Below are positions 1-9,537 of a stretch of DNA of 64,000 bases, piece by piece (the first letter of the stretch is position 1; each line of letters opens with the position of its first letter). Location: positions 1,795 to 65,794 of the forward strand of contig CABXVQ010000001.1 of assembly GCA_902515605.1 (NCBI GenBank), written 5' to 3'. A program made the translations under genes and the position numbers. The stretch comes from an uncultured Pelagibacteraceae bacterium (GTDB taxonomy: Bacteria > Pseudomonadota > Alphaproteobacteria > Pelagibacterales > Pelagibacteraceae). A model generated the notes under the pieces. That model was not told the DNA's origin and made no database searches. It was given only the letters and a program-made list of their open reading frames with translations.

Positions 1-1
1 T

Positions 2-991
2 TTAAAAAAAGAAGTTATTAAAATCTTTAAAAAATTTGGCTTAAACAATAATCATGCTTTGATTTCGGCAAATGCTTTAATCAATGCCGAGTTAGTTGGT
101 GCCTATGGGCACGGTCTTTCACGATTAAAAATGTATTGTGAAAGAATTTCTAAAAAAGTTATTAATCCAAAACCTAAAATTAAGATTAAAAAAATTTCAC
201 AGTCTATTTCACTTGTAGATGCAAATAATAGTATAGGTTTTGTAGCTGCAGATGTTGCTATAAAAAAAGCAATTCAAAATGCAACTAAAACAGGGATAGG
301 AATGGTTGCAGTAAAAAATAGCGGTCATTATGGTCTTTCAGGGTATTATGCGGAACAAGCAGTAAAAAAAAATCTAGTTACTATGATTTACACAAGTGCA
401 CCACCAGCAGTAGCTCCTCATGGAGCATTAAAAAGTTTATTTGGTACTAACCCGATTTGTTTTGGAACTCCTACAGGTTCAAAAATTCCATTTATTTTGG
501 ATACATCTATTTCAATGATTAATAGAGGAAAGATAAGAGTAGCTGCAAGAAATAATCAAAAAATTCCAGAGGGTGTTGCTTTAGATAAATTTGGTAAACC
601 CACAACAGATGCAAAAAAAGCTCTAAAAGGAGTTCAATTACCTATTGCTGGTTTCAGGGGTTCAGGATTAGCTTGGATGGTTGATATTTTAAGTGGTGTA
701 TTAACGGGTAGTAATCATGCTGGCAGAGTTAAAGATCCATTTGATGATTTTTCGGGCCCTCAAAATATCGGCCATTTATTTATCACATTTAAAACAAATT
801 TATTTGTGAAGGATTATAATAGTAGAATTAAAAATAATATTAAAACAATAAAAAAATTACCTAAAATTAAAGGTGTAAAAAATATTATGTACCCTGGTGA
901 AAATAAATTTAAAAGGTTCAAAATGAATTCAAAAAAGGATATTAAAATTTCAGAAACAATTAAAAAAGATTTAAAAATACTTAAGAATTAA
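2..991 (+). CDS. Ldh_2 family (malate/L-lactate/sulfolactate dehydrogenase, ComC-like) oxidoreductase, 5'-truncated by the window edge
   Basis: Frame open from base 2 (LKKEVIKIFKKFGL...). Ldh_2 motifs GHGLSRL, NSGHYG, GTNPI, GSGLAWMVDIL. Confidence 0.85.
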   Translation, partial: LKKEVIKIFKKFGLNNNHALISANALINAELVGAYGHGLSRLKMYCERISKKVINPKPKIKIKKISQSISLVDANNSIGFVAADVAIKKAIQNATKTGIGMVAVKNSGHYGLSGYYAEQAVKKNLVTMIYTSAPPAVAPHGALKSLFGTNPICFGTPTGSKIPFILDTSISMINRGKIRVAARNNQKIPEGVALDKFGKPTTDAKKALKGVQLPIAGFRGSGLAWMVDILSGVLTGSNHAGRVKDPFDDFSGPQNIGHLFITFKTNLFVKDYNSRIKNNIKTIKKLPKIKGVKNIMYPGENKFKRFKMNSKKDIKISETIKKDLKILKN

Positions 992-995
992 ATTT

Positions 996-1907
996 ATGCT
1001 ATCAAATAAGGAAATAGTCTGTCCAAATAACCTTTTAGATGTTGCCCATAAAAAAAAGGGTGTTAAAGCAGCAATAGTTAACGCAGGTAAACCCCTACCT
1101 ATGCTTTCAATACAAGATGCTGTAAATGAGAATTTAATAGAGCCAATTTTTATCGGTGATGAAAAAGAAATTTTAAAATGTGCTGAAGATTTAAAATGGG
1201 ATATTTCTAATTATGAAATCATAAACGAACCTGTTGAAAATAATACTGCACCAATAGCTGCAAAATTAGCAAAAGAAAAAAAAGTTAGAATTATTGTCAA
1301 AGGACATATTCATACTGATGTTTTAATGAAAGAAGTTTTAAAAAGAGAATATGATTTATTAGGAAAAACTAGACTAAGTCATATCTGGCACATGACTATT
1401 GATAAAGAAAGCAAACCATTAATAATTACTGATGGAGCATTAAATGTATTGCCAAATATAAAAACAAAGATGCATATTTTAAAAAATGTAATAAATTTTT
1501 CAAATAGAATTGGAATTGATAAGCCAAAAGTTGCTATTCTTTCTGCTACTGAAGAAGTGCTAGATAGTGTTCCAAGTTCAAAAGAAGCAGCTGAAATAAC
1601 CAAACTAGCTAAAGAAGATAATTTAAATGCAGATGTTTTTGGTCCATTAGCTTTTGATAATAGTATTTCAAAAAAATCAGCATCAATTAAAGGAATAAAA
1701 AATATTGTAGCTGGTGAAGCTGATGTTTTATTGGTTCCAAGTGTAGAAACTGGAAACGCTTTAGTTAAAATGTTAATATATTTCTGTGGAGCCTGTGCTG
1801 CTGGAGTTGTAATTGGTGGTAAAGTACCAGTGGTAATTACAAGTCGATCAGACGAAGCACCTGCTAGATTAGCCTCGATTGCTGCTGCAGTGGTAGCTTT
1901 AGATTAA
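996..1907 (+). CDS. pta: Phosphate acetyl/butyryltransferase (PTA_PTB family)
   Basis: KGHIHT, ITDGALN, GPLAFDNSIS, GNALVK and TSRSD motifs. Confidence 0.85.
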   Translation: MLSNKEIVCPNNLLDVAHKKKGVKAAIVNAGKPLPMLSIQDAVNENLIEPIFIGDEKEILKCAEDLKWDISNYEIINEPVENNTAPIAAKLAKEKKVRIIVKGHIHTDVLMKEVLKREYDLLGKTRLSHIWHMTIDKESKPLIITDGALNVLPNIKTKMHILKNVINFSNRIGIDKPKVAILSATEEVLDSVPSSKEAAEITKLAKEDNLNADVFGPLAFDNSISKKSASIKGIKNIVAGEADVLLVPSVETGNALVKMLIYFCGACAAGVVIGGKVPVVITSRSDEAPARLASIAAAVVALD

Positions 1908-1968
1908 TAGTTTCATTGAAAAAAAAACTAATTTGCATTAAATAGTCCCATTAATTCAAATAAAAACT

Positions 1969-3255
1969 ATGGCAATTACTTATTTAAAAAAATCTCCTAA
2001 AACATCTTCTACAGATGATACTAAAACTACTGAGATAGTTAAAAATTTATTAAAAGAAATTGAAAATTCAAAAGAAGAAGCATGTATCAATTTAACTAAA
2101 AAATTTGATAAATATGACGGTGAAATTATTGTTTCAAAAGAAAGAATTGAAAAGATCAAAAAAGAATTAGATCAAAAAACAAAAGATGACATTCAATTTT
2201 CTCATGAAAGAGTAAGAAAATTTGCTGAAGCCCAATTAAAAAACTATGGTCAAGATTTTGAAGTAGAACTTTCTCCAGGATTATTTGCTGGTCAAAAATT
2301 AATACCAGTCAACACTGCCGGCTGTTATATACCTGGCGGACGTTACGCACATATAGCCTCTGCTGTTATGAGTGTAACAACAGCTAAAGTTGCTGGAGTA
2401 AAAAATATTATTGCTTGTAGTCCTCCCAAAGAGGGAGTTGGAGCTCATCCAGCAATTGTTTATACAGCTGATTTGTGTGGTGCTGATGTAATACTAAATT
2501 TAGGTGGAGTTCCTGGTATTGCTGCAATGACTAATGGACTATTTAAAAATCCACCAGCAGATATATTAGTTGGTCCAGGAAATCAGTTTGTTGCAGAGGC
2601 AAAAAGAATTTTATTTGGAAAAGTTGGAATAGATTTATTTGCCGGTCCAACAGAAATTGCTGTAATTGCAGACGACAAAGCTGATGCTGAAATGGTTACG
2701 GTAGACTTAGTTGGTCAAGCTGAACATGGATATAATTCTCCTGCTTGGTTATACACAACCAGCAAAAGACTAGCTGAAGAAGTATTAAAAAGAGTTCCTG
2801 AATTGATTGCTGAATTACCTGAAGTTCCAAGAACAAGTGCTGAAGCAGCATGGAGAGATTATGGTGAAGTTATACTTTGTGATACTGATGAGGAAATGGC
2901 TACTATAAGTGATGAGTATGCACCTGAACATTTAGAGGTTCAAACTCAAAATCTAGAATGGTTTCATAAAAGATTAAAAAATTATGGTTCACTATTTATT
3001 GGTGAAGAAACAACTGTTGCTTACGGAGATAAATGCTCTGGCACAAATCATATCTTGCCTACAAAAGGTGCTGGTCGTTATACAGGTGGATTGTTTGTAG
3101 GAAAATTTATTAAAACATTAAGTTTTCAAAGAATGACAAAAGAGTCTACAAAATCTGTTGGAGCAGCCTGTGCAAGGATTTCAAGATACGAAGGTATGGA
3201 AGCTCACGCTAGAACAGGTGATGCAAGACTTAGAAAATACGGTTTTTCTAATTAA
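1969..3255 (+). CDS. hpsN: Histidinol dehydrogenase-family protein, most likely sulfopropanediol (DHPS) 3-dehydrogenase HpsN
   Basis: YIPGG, GPGN, AGPTE, QAEH, PEHLE, GTNHILPT motifs. The N-terminus MAITYLKK and C-terminal GKFIKTLSFQRMT/EGMEAH resemble the HpsN subfamily, and the neighbours are sulfonate-type genes. Confidence 0.7.
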   Translation: MAITYLKKSPKTSSTDDTKTTEIVKNLLKEIENSKEEACINLTKKFDKYDGEIIVSKERIEKIKKELDQKTKDDIQFSHERVRKFAEAQLKNYGQDFEVELSPGLFAGQKLIPVNTAGCYIPGGRYAHIASAVMSVTTAKVAGVKNIIACSPPKEGVGAHPAIVYTADLCGADVILNLGGVPGIAAMTNGLFKNPPADILVGPGNQFVAEAKRILFGKVGIDLFAGPTEIAVIADDKADAEMVTVDLVGQAEHGYNSPAWLYTTSKRLAEEVLKRVPELIAELPEVPRTSAEAAWRDYGEVILCDTDEEMATISDEYAPEHLEVQTQNLEWFHKRLKNYGSLFIGEETTVAYGDKCSGTNHILPTKGAGRYTGGLFVGKFIKTLSFQRMTKESTKSVGAACARISRYEGMEAHARTGDARLRKYGFSN

Positions 3256-3713
3256 TTTTCTGGAATAAAAATTAAACACAATCCATTATTACAAAATCTT
3301 TTTCCAGTAGCAGTTGGACCATCTAAAAAAACATGACCATGATGAGCACCACAGTTTGCACAATGATATTCAACTCGCTTCATACCAAAAGAATAATCTA
3401 TTTTTGTTTTAAACGCTCCTGGTAACGCTTCTGAAAATGAAGGCCACCCTGTTCCACTATCAAATTTTGAATTAGATGCAAATAGCTTAGCATTACAGTT
3501 TGCACAATGATAAAATCCTTTTCTATCTTCTTTAAGTAAATCACTTGTAAAAGCTCTTTCTGTACCTTCATTAAACATTATATTTTTTTGAGCTTTTGAA
3601 AGATTTGGATTAATAATTTTTTTGGTTGCTGATGATAAAACCCTGTAGGGTAGTGCTAAAAATAATAAATAAGAAAATCCCAATAATTTTAAAAATTTTC
3701 TTTTATCAATCAT
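3252..3713 (-). CDS. msrB: Peptide-methionine (R)-S-oxide reductase with a Tat-like N-terminal leader
   Basis: GTERAF, CxxC, KFDSGTGWPSF, HHGHVF.DGP, RFCNNG. Leader DKRKFLK followed by a hydrophobic stretch. Confidence 0.92.
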   Translation of the reverse strand: MIDKRKFLKLLGFSYLLFLALPYRVLSSATKKIINPNLSKAQKNIMFNEGTERAFTSDLLKEDRKGFYHCANCNAKLFASNSKFDSGTGWPSFSEALPGAFKTKIDYSFGMKRVEYHCANCGAHHGHVFLDGPTATGKRFCNNGLCLIFIPEN

Positions 3714-3726
3714 ATTAAATTAAGGA

Positions 3727-4404
3727 TTAATTTAAAATTTCTTCAGTTTTTTCTTCTTTAATTTTTTCTTTTGTAACAATATTTTTTTTTGATTTTTTTA
3801 TATTAATTAAATTAGCAAACTGATGATTTACATCTCTATGTCCCGCTTCATCATCTCTTATTACTCTTACAACATCCTTAAGGGTAGAATGTAGTGGTAG
3901 GTTCCAATAATTTATTGCAATTTCAGGAGCAGGTTGATCAGGAATAGTTCCAGCTTCAAGCTCATTTAAATATTCTGTATAGCTAATAACTGCTTCCTCT
4001 TCAAAATAACCAACAATTCTATGAGCAGTTCTTTGAGAGACTAAATATATTATTGCATAAGTTAAGATAAAAATGAATTGAGCAATCATAATTATAAATC
4101 TTTCAATAGCAGTTGGTTTTGCAATATGAACAAAAGTCATTAAATGCATTCTTTCATTTTCAGCTTCGTCTAAAAGAGTTTTTATCCAACCTTTATCATC
4201 TTCTATTTTTCTAAGAGATTTTAAGTGTAATAACATTCCAGCAACCATTCCTGGGACAGCTGCAACTGTTTCTAGTACTACAGCTCTATGGCCATATCTT
4301 TTTTTAAAAAAAGTATCTGCTAGCAACCTTAAAAATTTAGTAAAAGATAAAGCAACCTTGTCACTAAAGTTTTTTGGTTGAAAATGTTTATTTAAATCGC
4401 TCAT
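3727..4404 (-). CDS. aox: Alternative oxidase (ubiquinol oxidase, di-iron)
   Basis: [43 protein letters not shown]. Start moved to ATG 4404 (MSDLNKH); the ORF track gives 4455. Confidence 0.93.
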   Translation of the reverse strand: MSDLNKHFQPKNFSDKVALSFTKFLRLLADTFFKKRYGHRAVVLETVAAVPGMVAGMLLHLKSLRKIEDDKGWIKTLLDEAENERMHLMTFVHIAKPTAIERFIIMIAQFIFILTYAIIYLVSQRTAHRIVGYFEEEAVISYTEYLNELEAGTIPDQPAPEIAINYWNLPLHSTLKDVVRVIRDDEAGHRDVNHQFANLINIKKSKKNIVTKEKIKEEKTEEILN

Positions 4405-4471
4405 ATTTTTAAAATAATTACTAATAGAGAATTTAACATGCGCTATAATTGTCACCTAAAAATGTTATTAA

Positions 4472-5086
4472 TTAAAGAAAATATACTGTTTCTTTAACTA
4501 TATAAATTGTAAGCAAGGACATAAAGCCAATTATAAATATATTAATATATTTCCATGTTTTATCACTCTGAGCATATTTTGAAAAGTAAACAGATAAATA
4601 ACCCAACAGAAAGAAAAATATAAATGATGCAATTGATGCACCAACACCAAAATAAATTTTTTCATCAAAAAGAAAATTTTTTGAAAAATTTCCTAAAAAG
4701 AAAACCGTATCAGAATAAACATGTGCATTTAGATAAGTAAAACCAAGTGTCTTTAATAAAATCTCAGAACTAGAAATATCTTTAAATTCGCTATTAAAAT
4801 TAACATCAGTTTTTAAAGATTTGATTTTAGAATATATAAAATAGATTAAAAAAATTATTAATGAGATATTTAAAACTAACTCTACAAATAAATTAAAATA
4901 TTGATGAAAAAAATGAAATAGAAGGATACCAGAAAATATTAATAATAAATCTGATAAAGAACAAACTAAACAGACTAAAAATACATGTTGCTTTTTAAGC
5001 CCCTGCTCTATTACAAAAATGTTTTGTGCACCTATTGCTAATATTAAACTAAGCCCGGTAAAAAAACCCAATACCAGGTATTCCAT
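4472..5086 (-). CDS. LysE/ArgO family amino-acid exporter
   Basis: GLSLILAIGAQNIFV..QGL and LNAHVYSDT motifs, multiple TM segments. Confidence 0.85.
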   Translation of the reverse strand: MEYLVLGFFTGLSLILAIGAQNIFVIEQGLKKQHVFLVCLVCSLSDLLLIFSGILLFHFFHQYFNLFVELVLNISLIIFLIYFIYSKIKSLKTDVNFNSEFKDISSSEILLKTLGFTYLNAHVYSDTVFFLGNFSKNFLFDEKIYFGVGASIASFIFFFLLGYLSVYFSKYAQSDKTWKYINIFIIGFMSLLTIYIVKETVYFL

Positions 5087-5098
5087 CTAAAAATCAGA

Positions 5099-5509
5099 TT
5101 ATTCTGAATTAGCCGTTAATGTTTTAATCTCTAAAATATTTTCGTTAGGATCTTTTACAAAAAAAGTTTCTTGCTCATATTTTGTACCTTTAAATCTTAA
5201 GTAAGGTTCATCATAATATTTCGCACCGTTTTCTTTCAGTCTATTTTTTAAAGCATCAAAATCTTTTCTAGATAAGTGAACTCCGAAATGAGGAACAGAA
5301 ACATTTCCCATGTCCACGTCATGTCTTTCACTATCTAACTTATGATCACTTGCATGAAGTGTTAATTCATTTCCCCAAAAATCAACATCAGCCCATTCTT
5401 GAGCAGAGTTATCAAGTCGGCAGCCCAAAGTTTCACTATAAAACTTTTTTGCTGTTTCTAGATCTCCACAAGGGATTGCTAGATGAAAACAATTAGTGTT
5501 TTTGTACAT
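5099..5509 (-). CDS. VOC (glyoxalase/bleomycin resistance/dioxygenase) family protein
   Basis: FHLAIP..DL..AKKFY...LGC, VPHFGV, FFVKDP..NILEIK. Confidence 0.85.
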   Translation of the reverse strand: MYKNTNCFHLAIPCGDLETAKKFYSETLGCRLDNSAQEWADVDFWGNELTLHASDHKLDSERHDVDMGNVSVPHFGVHLSRKDFDALKNRLKENGAKYYDEPYLRFKGTKYEQETFFVKDPNENILEIKTLTANSE

Positions 5510-5581
5510 AATTTCTCCTTTAAATACTGTTTAAAATAACTATATAAGCATTAATTATTTTTATCAAGCTGACAAATACTT

Positions 5582-6166
5582 ATGAATGATTTTTTACAAT
5601 CTATAATAGATAGAGATCCTGCGGCAAAATCAAAGTTAAGTTTAATTTTAACTTATCCAGGGGTTAAAGCTATTTTTTTTCACAAGATAGCTAATTTTTT
5701 TGCTATCGCTAAGTTTGATTTGATTGCAAGAATCATTTCACAACTTTCACGATTCTTAACAGGTATAGAAATTCATCCTAAGGCTAAAATTGGAAAAAAT
5801 TTATTTATTGATCATGGAATGGGTGTGGTCATTGGAGAAACATCTGAAATTGGAGATAACGTTACAATCTATCATATGGTAACTTTAGGAGGTATTGCTC
5901 CAAGTATAAACTCTGATAGCCAAAGAGAAATAAAAAGACATCCAACATTAATGGATAATGTGGTTGTTGGCTCTGGTGCTCAAATATTAGGTCCAGTTAT
6001 AATTGGAAAGAATGCTAAAGTTGGAGCTAACGCAGTTGTTACAAAAAATGTCCCTGATAACGCAGTAATGATTGGCATACCTGCAAGAAATGTTGGTACA
6101 ACCTCTGGAGAATTTAAACCCTATGCTGTTACAGAAGACTCTAAAGAAAATGGTAATGAAAAATAA
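5582..6166 (+). CDS. cysE: Serine O-acetyltransferase
   Basis: [33 protein letters not shown], hexapeptide repeats. Confidence 0.95.
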   Translation: MNDFLQSIIDRDPAAKSKLSLILTYPGVKAIFFHKIANFFAIAKFDLIARIISQLSRFLTGIEIHPKAKIGKNLFIDHGMGVVIGETSEIGDNVTIYHMVTLGGIAPSINSDSQREIKRHPTLMDNVVVGSGAQILGPVIIGKNAKVGANAVVTKNVPDNAVMIGIPARNVGTTSGEFKPYAVTEDSKENGNEK

Positions 6167-7157
6167 TCAAGAAGATTTTATTTCTGGAATTGGAAATACC
6201 CCTTTAATTAAATTAAGAGCAGCCTCAGAAATTACTGGATGTAATATTTATGGCAAAGCTGAATTTTTAAATCCTGGTGGCTCAGTTAAAGATAGAGCTG
6301 CTTTAGCTCTTATTAAAGATGCTCAACAAAAAAAATTGATCTCCAAAGGTGGTATTGTTATTGAAGGCACAGCTGGAAACACTGGTATAGGCTTAGGACT
6401 ATTAGGTAATTCTCTTGGTTATAAAACTATTATTGTAATGAATGATAATCAAACCCAAGAAAAAAAAGATACTTTAAGAAACTTAGGTGCTGAATTAAGA
6501 TTAGTACCAGCCAAACCTTATAAAGATGATAATAATTTTGTTAAAGTTGCAGCTAGATTAGCTGATGAATTAAGACCCACAAATAATAATGGGGTAGTCT
6601 GGGCTAACCAATTTGATAACACTGCTAATGCCAAAGGTCATTATGATGGAACTGGGAAAGAAATTTGGGAACAAACTGAAGGTAAAGTAGATGGCTTCGT
6701 TTGTTCTTCTGGAACTGGTGGAACGATTTCAGGTGTAAGTAATTTTCTAAAAGAAAAAAATAAAGATATAAAAATTTATTTGTCAGATCCAAAAGGATCT
6801 TCTCTTTATAACTATATTAAAAATGGAGAGTTAAAGTCTGATGGAAATTCTATAACTGAAGGAATTGGATCTAGTAGAGTTACTAAAAATTTTGAGAATG
6901 CAAAAATTGATGATGCGTATTCAATAGATGATAATGAAGCTTTACCTATCCTCTATGATTTAATTCAAAATGAGGGATTAAGTTTAGGAACTAGTTGTGG
7001 AATTAATATTGCTGGAGCAATCAGATTAGGAAAAGAATTGGGGCCAGGAAAAACTATTGTAACTATCCTTTGTGATAGATCAGATAAATACAACTCAAAG
7101 ATGTTTAACAAATCTTTTTTAGAGGAAAAAAAGCTTCCAATTCCTAGTTGGTTATAA
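6156..7157 (+). CDS. cysK: Cysteine synthase (O-acetylserine sulfhydrylase)
   Basis: [20 protein letters not shown] (PLP Lys), GTAGNTG, GTGGT. Likely start ATG 6156, overlapping the end of cysE. Confidence 0.9.
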   Translation: MKNNQEDFISGIGNTPLIKLRAASEITGCNIYGKAEFLNPGGSVKDRAALALIKDAQQKKLISKGGIVIEGTAGNTGIGLGLLGNSLGYKTIIVMNDNQTQEKKDTLRNLGAELRLVPAKPYKDDNNFVKVAARLADELRPTNNNGVVWANQFDNTANAKGHYDGTGKEIWEQTEGKVDGFVCSSGTGGTISGVSNFLKEKNKDIKIYLSDPKGSSLYNYIKNGELKSDGNSITEGIGSSRVTKNFENAKIDDAYSIDDNEALPILYDLIQNEGLSLGTSCGINIAGAIRLGKELGPGKTIVTILCDRSDKYNSKMFNKSFLEEKKLPIPSWL

Positions 7158-7174
7158 TATCGCATAGCTGCTAT

Positions 7175-7195
7175 GTAACAAAACTGTTACTTTTT
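7175..7195 (+). terminator. Short inverted repeat GTAACA-aaac-TGTTAC plus T5; possible cysK terminator or an operator
   Basis: Seen 17 bp after the cysK stop codon. The stem is weak. Confidence 0.4.
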
Positions 7196-7221
7196 AAACA
7201 TATATTTAATTAACGTAAAAA

Positions 7222-7253
7222 TTAAATAAAGATTAGCGGAGATCTTTATTTGA
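7222..7253 (+). promoter_or_regulatory. 13-bp leader hairpin with AGCGGA loop immediately before the RBS of the small-gene array
   Basis: TTAAATAAAGATT-agcgga-GATCTTTATTTGA (two G.U pairs), then TGGAGA and ATG 7265. Confidence 0.5.
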
Positions 7254-7264
7254 ATGGAGATACA

Positions 7265-7657
7265 ATGCTAATAAAAAATACTTTAAAAATATTTGCTACT
7301 TACTGTGTAGCAATTCTAATATCTACTGCATCATTGGCTGGTATGAGTGACAACGATAAGTCCAAAGCTTGGGACTGCGTTGGTATTTATATGGCTAACT
7401 ACTTTCTTCCATCTGGTGAAACATTTGAATACGCGATGAAAGAAAAATCTATATCAACTGTAAAAGTTTTAAAATCTTACGCTCTTGAAATAGGTATTCC
7501 AGAAAAAGAGTGGGATGAAGGAGTTAATAAAGCAGTGGATAAACATTATGGATCGAAATATGACAAGGCTAAAACTGACAAATGTCATTCTTATGTTGAA
7601 GCGTTAGTTCCTAACGGGGCTGAAAGAGTAAAAAAAGTAATTCAAACTTTATATTAA
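7265..7657 (+). CDS. Secreted hypothetical protein (signal peptide, mostly helical, two Cys in the mature part)
   Basis: ATG 7265 follows GGAGA. Signal ends ...STASLA-G. Confidence 0.75.
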   Translation: MLIKNTLKIFATYCVAILISTASLAGMSDNDKSKAWDCVGIYMANYFLPSGETFEYAMKEKSISTVKVLKSYALEIGIPEKEWDEGVNKAVDKHYGSKYDKAKTDKCHSYVEALVPNGAERVKKVIQTLY

Positions 7658-7672
7658 TAAAAAGGAGCAAAA

Positions 7673-8149
7673 ATGAAAAAAATAATAATAGCTTTAATGT
7701 TTACAATTATTTCTACGGTGGCTTTTGCTAATTCAGGGAAATTTAATGCAAGTGGCATGGGATCTTGGGAAATGAATATCATGAATGCTGGCAATGGTAA
7801 TATGGCTATAACTTATGATGGAAATGCTGGTCTTGCTGACAAAGACCCTAATAGTATATTTGATAAATCTACAATGAATTGTGTTGGAGGACTTACGTTA
7901 GTGGGTGGTAAGTTTGAAGATGAAACAGGTATGTGTACTTTTTATTTAGCTGATGGTGAAAAAGTTTTTATAAATTACAAAGGTAAAGGAACTGGAGGTC
8001 AAGGTGGATCTGGAAGTTTTATAATTGTTGGCGGTACTGGAAAATATGAAAAAATTTCAGGAACTGGTTTTTCAAGTAGACAGAACCTTAAGGGAAAAAG
8101 TGGATTTGCTCATTCAATGAATCAAATGAGTGGCGAATATACATATTAA
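7673..8149 (+). CDS. Secreted Gly-rich beta-barrel protein, dirigent/allene-oxide-cyclase-like
   Basis: Signal peptide (VAFA-N), IVGGTGKYEKISGTG motif, AAAAGGAG RBS. Confidence 0.65.
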   Translation: MKKIIIALMFTIISTVAFANSGKFNASGMGSWEMNIMNAGNGNMAITYDGNAGLADKDPNSIFDKSTMNCVGGLTLVGGKFEDETGMCTFYLADGEKVFINYKGKGTGGQGGSGSFIIVGGTGKYEKISGTGFSSRQNLKGKSGFAHSMNQMSGEYTY

Positions 8150-8165
8150 ATAAAAAGGAGATAAA

Positions 8166-8450
8166 ATGGAAAAAGAAATGTTAGTAGTGGCTAAATTAAA
8201 AGAAGGTACGTTAGAAAAGTTTATGGGATTTATGCAATCACCAGAAGGTTTGGCAGAAAGAGCTAAAGTTGCAGTAGTGGAAAAAACCATTGGAACGGTA
8301 GCCCCAGATAAAAAAACTATAATGTTTAAGATATTCTGTACTGATGAACCTGCATTACATAAATTTATTGAGGGTACTGAAGTATCAAAACCTATCATGG
8401 ATGCTGTTATAGATAGCTATTCGATTTATGATTTAACAAAAGTAAAATAG
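8166..8450 (+). CDS. Small ferredoxin-like (dimeric alpha/beta barrel, DUF3764-like) hypothetical protein
   Basis: AAAAGGAG RBS; beta-alpha-beta-beta-alpha-beta hydrophobic pattern; 94 aa. Confidence 0.65.
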   Translation: MEKEMLVVAKLKEGTLEKFMGFMQSPEGLAERAKVAVVEKTIGTVAPDKKTIMFKIFCTDEPALHKFIEGTEVSKPIMDAVIDSYSIYDLTKVK

Positions 8451-8457
8451 GAGGAAT

Positions 8458-8748
8458 ATGAAAAACTATATAGTAACACACACTTTTAAGTCAAAAGAAG
8501 CAAAAGCTAAGATGATAGAAGTTACTGGCTCAATGTCTATGGAAGATATGACTAAAGCAATGACAAGTGAAAATGCAAAATGTCAAATGAGCTGGAATAC
8601 ACCAGGAGATAATTTAACGATGTATTGTTGGTGGAAAGGTACTAATCCAGATGCAATTAATAAACAATTAGAGTCTATGAACGATTTTTATGAACCTCAT
8701 AAATTTGTTGAGTGTACAGATGATGTCATAGATTTTAATGCTAAATAA
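8458..8748 (+). CDS. Small ferredoxin-like barrel protein (DUF3303/DUF4242-like)
   Basis: AGGAGG RBS; YIVTHTF ... MYCWWKG.NPDAI pattern. Confidence 0.65.
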   Translation: MKNYIVTHTFKSKEAKAKMIEVTGSMSMEDMTKAMTSENAKCQMSWNTPGDNLTMYCWWKGTNPDAINKQLESMNDFYEPHKFVECTDDVIDFNAK

Positions 8749-8782
8749 AAGTATCTAAACTTTGACTAAATAAGGAGAAACA

Positions 8783-9091
8783 ATGAAGGTAATTTATACT
8801 AGAACAATGAGAGTGAAAGATGATGGCTTAGGAAAAGCTATGGAAATTGGAAAAGGTTTAGCAGCAGTTAGAAAAAAACATTATCCGAACCATGATGTCT
8901 ATTTTTCTTTTCAAATGGGTGGAGATCCAAGAACAATAAGAGAAACTTTAATTGGAACTATGTTTGAAGGTGATAATGATGCTGACGCTAACATGTCTGC
9001 AGATCCTGAATATATAAAACTTTTAGAGCAATTAAAAGATGTAGCCATAGAAGGTACTATTGAAGACGAGATTAGACCAATATTTAGCTAA
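8783..9091 (+). CDS. Small ferredoxin-like barrel protein (NIPSNAP-like)
   Basis: AAGGAG RBS; C-terminal ADPEY.KLL......IEGTIEDEI pattern. Confidence 0.6.
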   Translation: MKVIYTRTMRVKDDGLGKAMEIGKGLAAVRKKHYPNHDVYFSFQMGGDPRTIRETLIGTMFEGDNDADANMSADPEYIKLLEQLKDVAIEGTIEDEIRPIFS

Positions 9092-9103
9092 AGGACTTAA
9101 ATT

Positions 9104-9520
9104 ATGTTAGAAAAATTTAATGGAATAATTTACTTAGCAATATTTTTAATTCATTTTATAGGGTTTGCTTATTATGGTTTTAGATGTGTTTTTCAAACAC
9201 AATCTTTTTTAAATCAGTATGGAATGCATGATACCGGTGCTGGCATAGTCAGATTTTTTGGTTCTATATTCATAGGATCAACTGTAATGGCAATTTATGT
9301 GGGATTTATTAGACCCAATGGTTTAGAAGCAACCTGGGCATTCTTTAATTTAATATTTTTACAAAACTTATCAGCATTTATAGTTGGTTTTTATAGTACC
9401 AAGATAAATAAACTTGGACATACAGATAAAACTTCCGATGAAGCGATTTATGCCCCTTTATTTTTAACTATTTTAAGTGCTGTACTTTGTTACGGTTTAG
9501 CTGATAAAATTTATATTTAA
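9104..9520 (+). CDS. Four-TM hypothetical membrane protein
   Basis: Four hydrophobic segments; AAGGA RBS. Confidence 0.7.
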   Translation: MLEKFNGIIYLAIFLIHFIGFAYYGFRCVFQTQSFLNQYGMHDTGAGIVRFFGSIFIGSTVMAIYVGFIRPNGLEATWAFFNLIFLQNLSAFIVGFYSTKINKLGHTDKTSDEAIYAPLFLTILSAVLCYGLADKIYI

Positions 9521-9537
9521 TAATTAAGGAGGTTCCT

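Noticed and set aside
1969-3255. hisD call
   Set aside because: Sequence features and the sulfonate-type neighbours fit HpsN better, though HisD is not formally excluded.
6072-6155. N-terminal extensions in the ORF track for cysK (also aox, the ferredoxin, the Rieske gene and tmoV)
   Set aside because: The extensions overlap neighbours or lack family similarity; downstream starts fit better.
7230-7262. Glycine riboswitch or CsrA site suggested by GCGGAGA/GGAGA
   Set aside because: No CCGAAG or CUCUCAGG elements, and no evidence for a CsrA system here. Kept only as a plain hairpin.
8725-8782. SAM-II/SAM-V riboswitch-like ending (...ACTAAATAAGGAG)
   Set aside because: I could not build the pseudoknot or find the conserved loop, and the 5' part lies in coding sequence. 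An Rfam scan would settle it.
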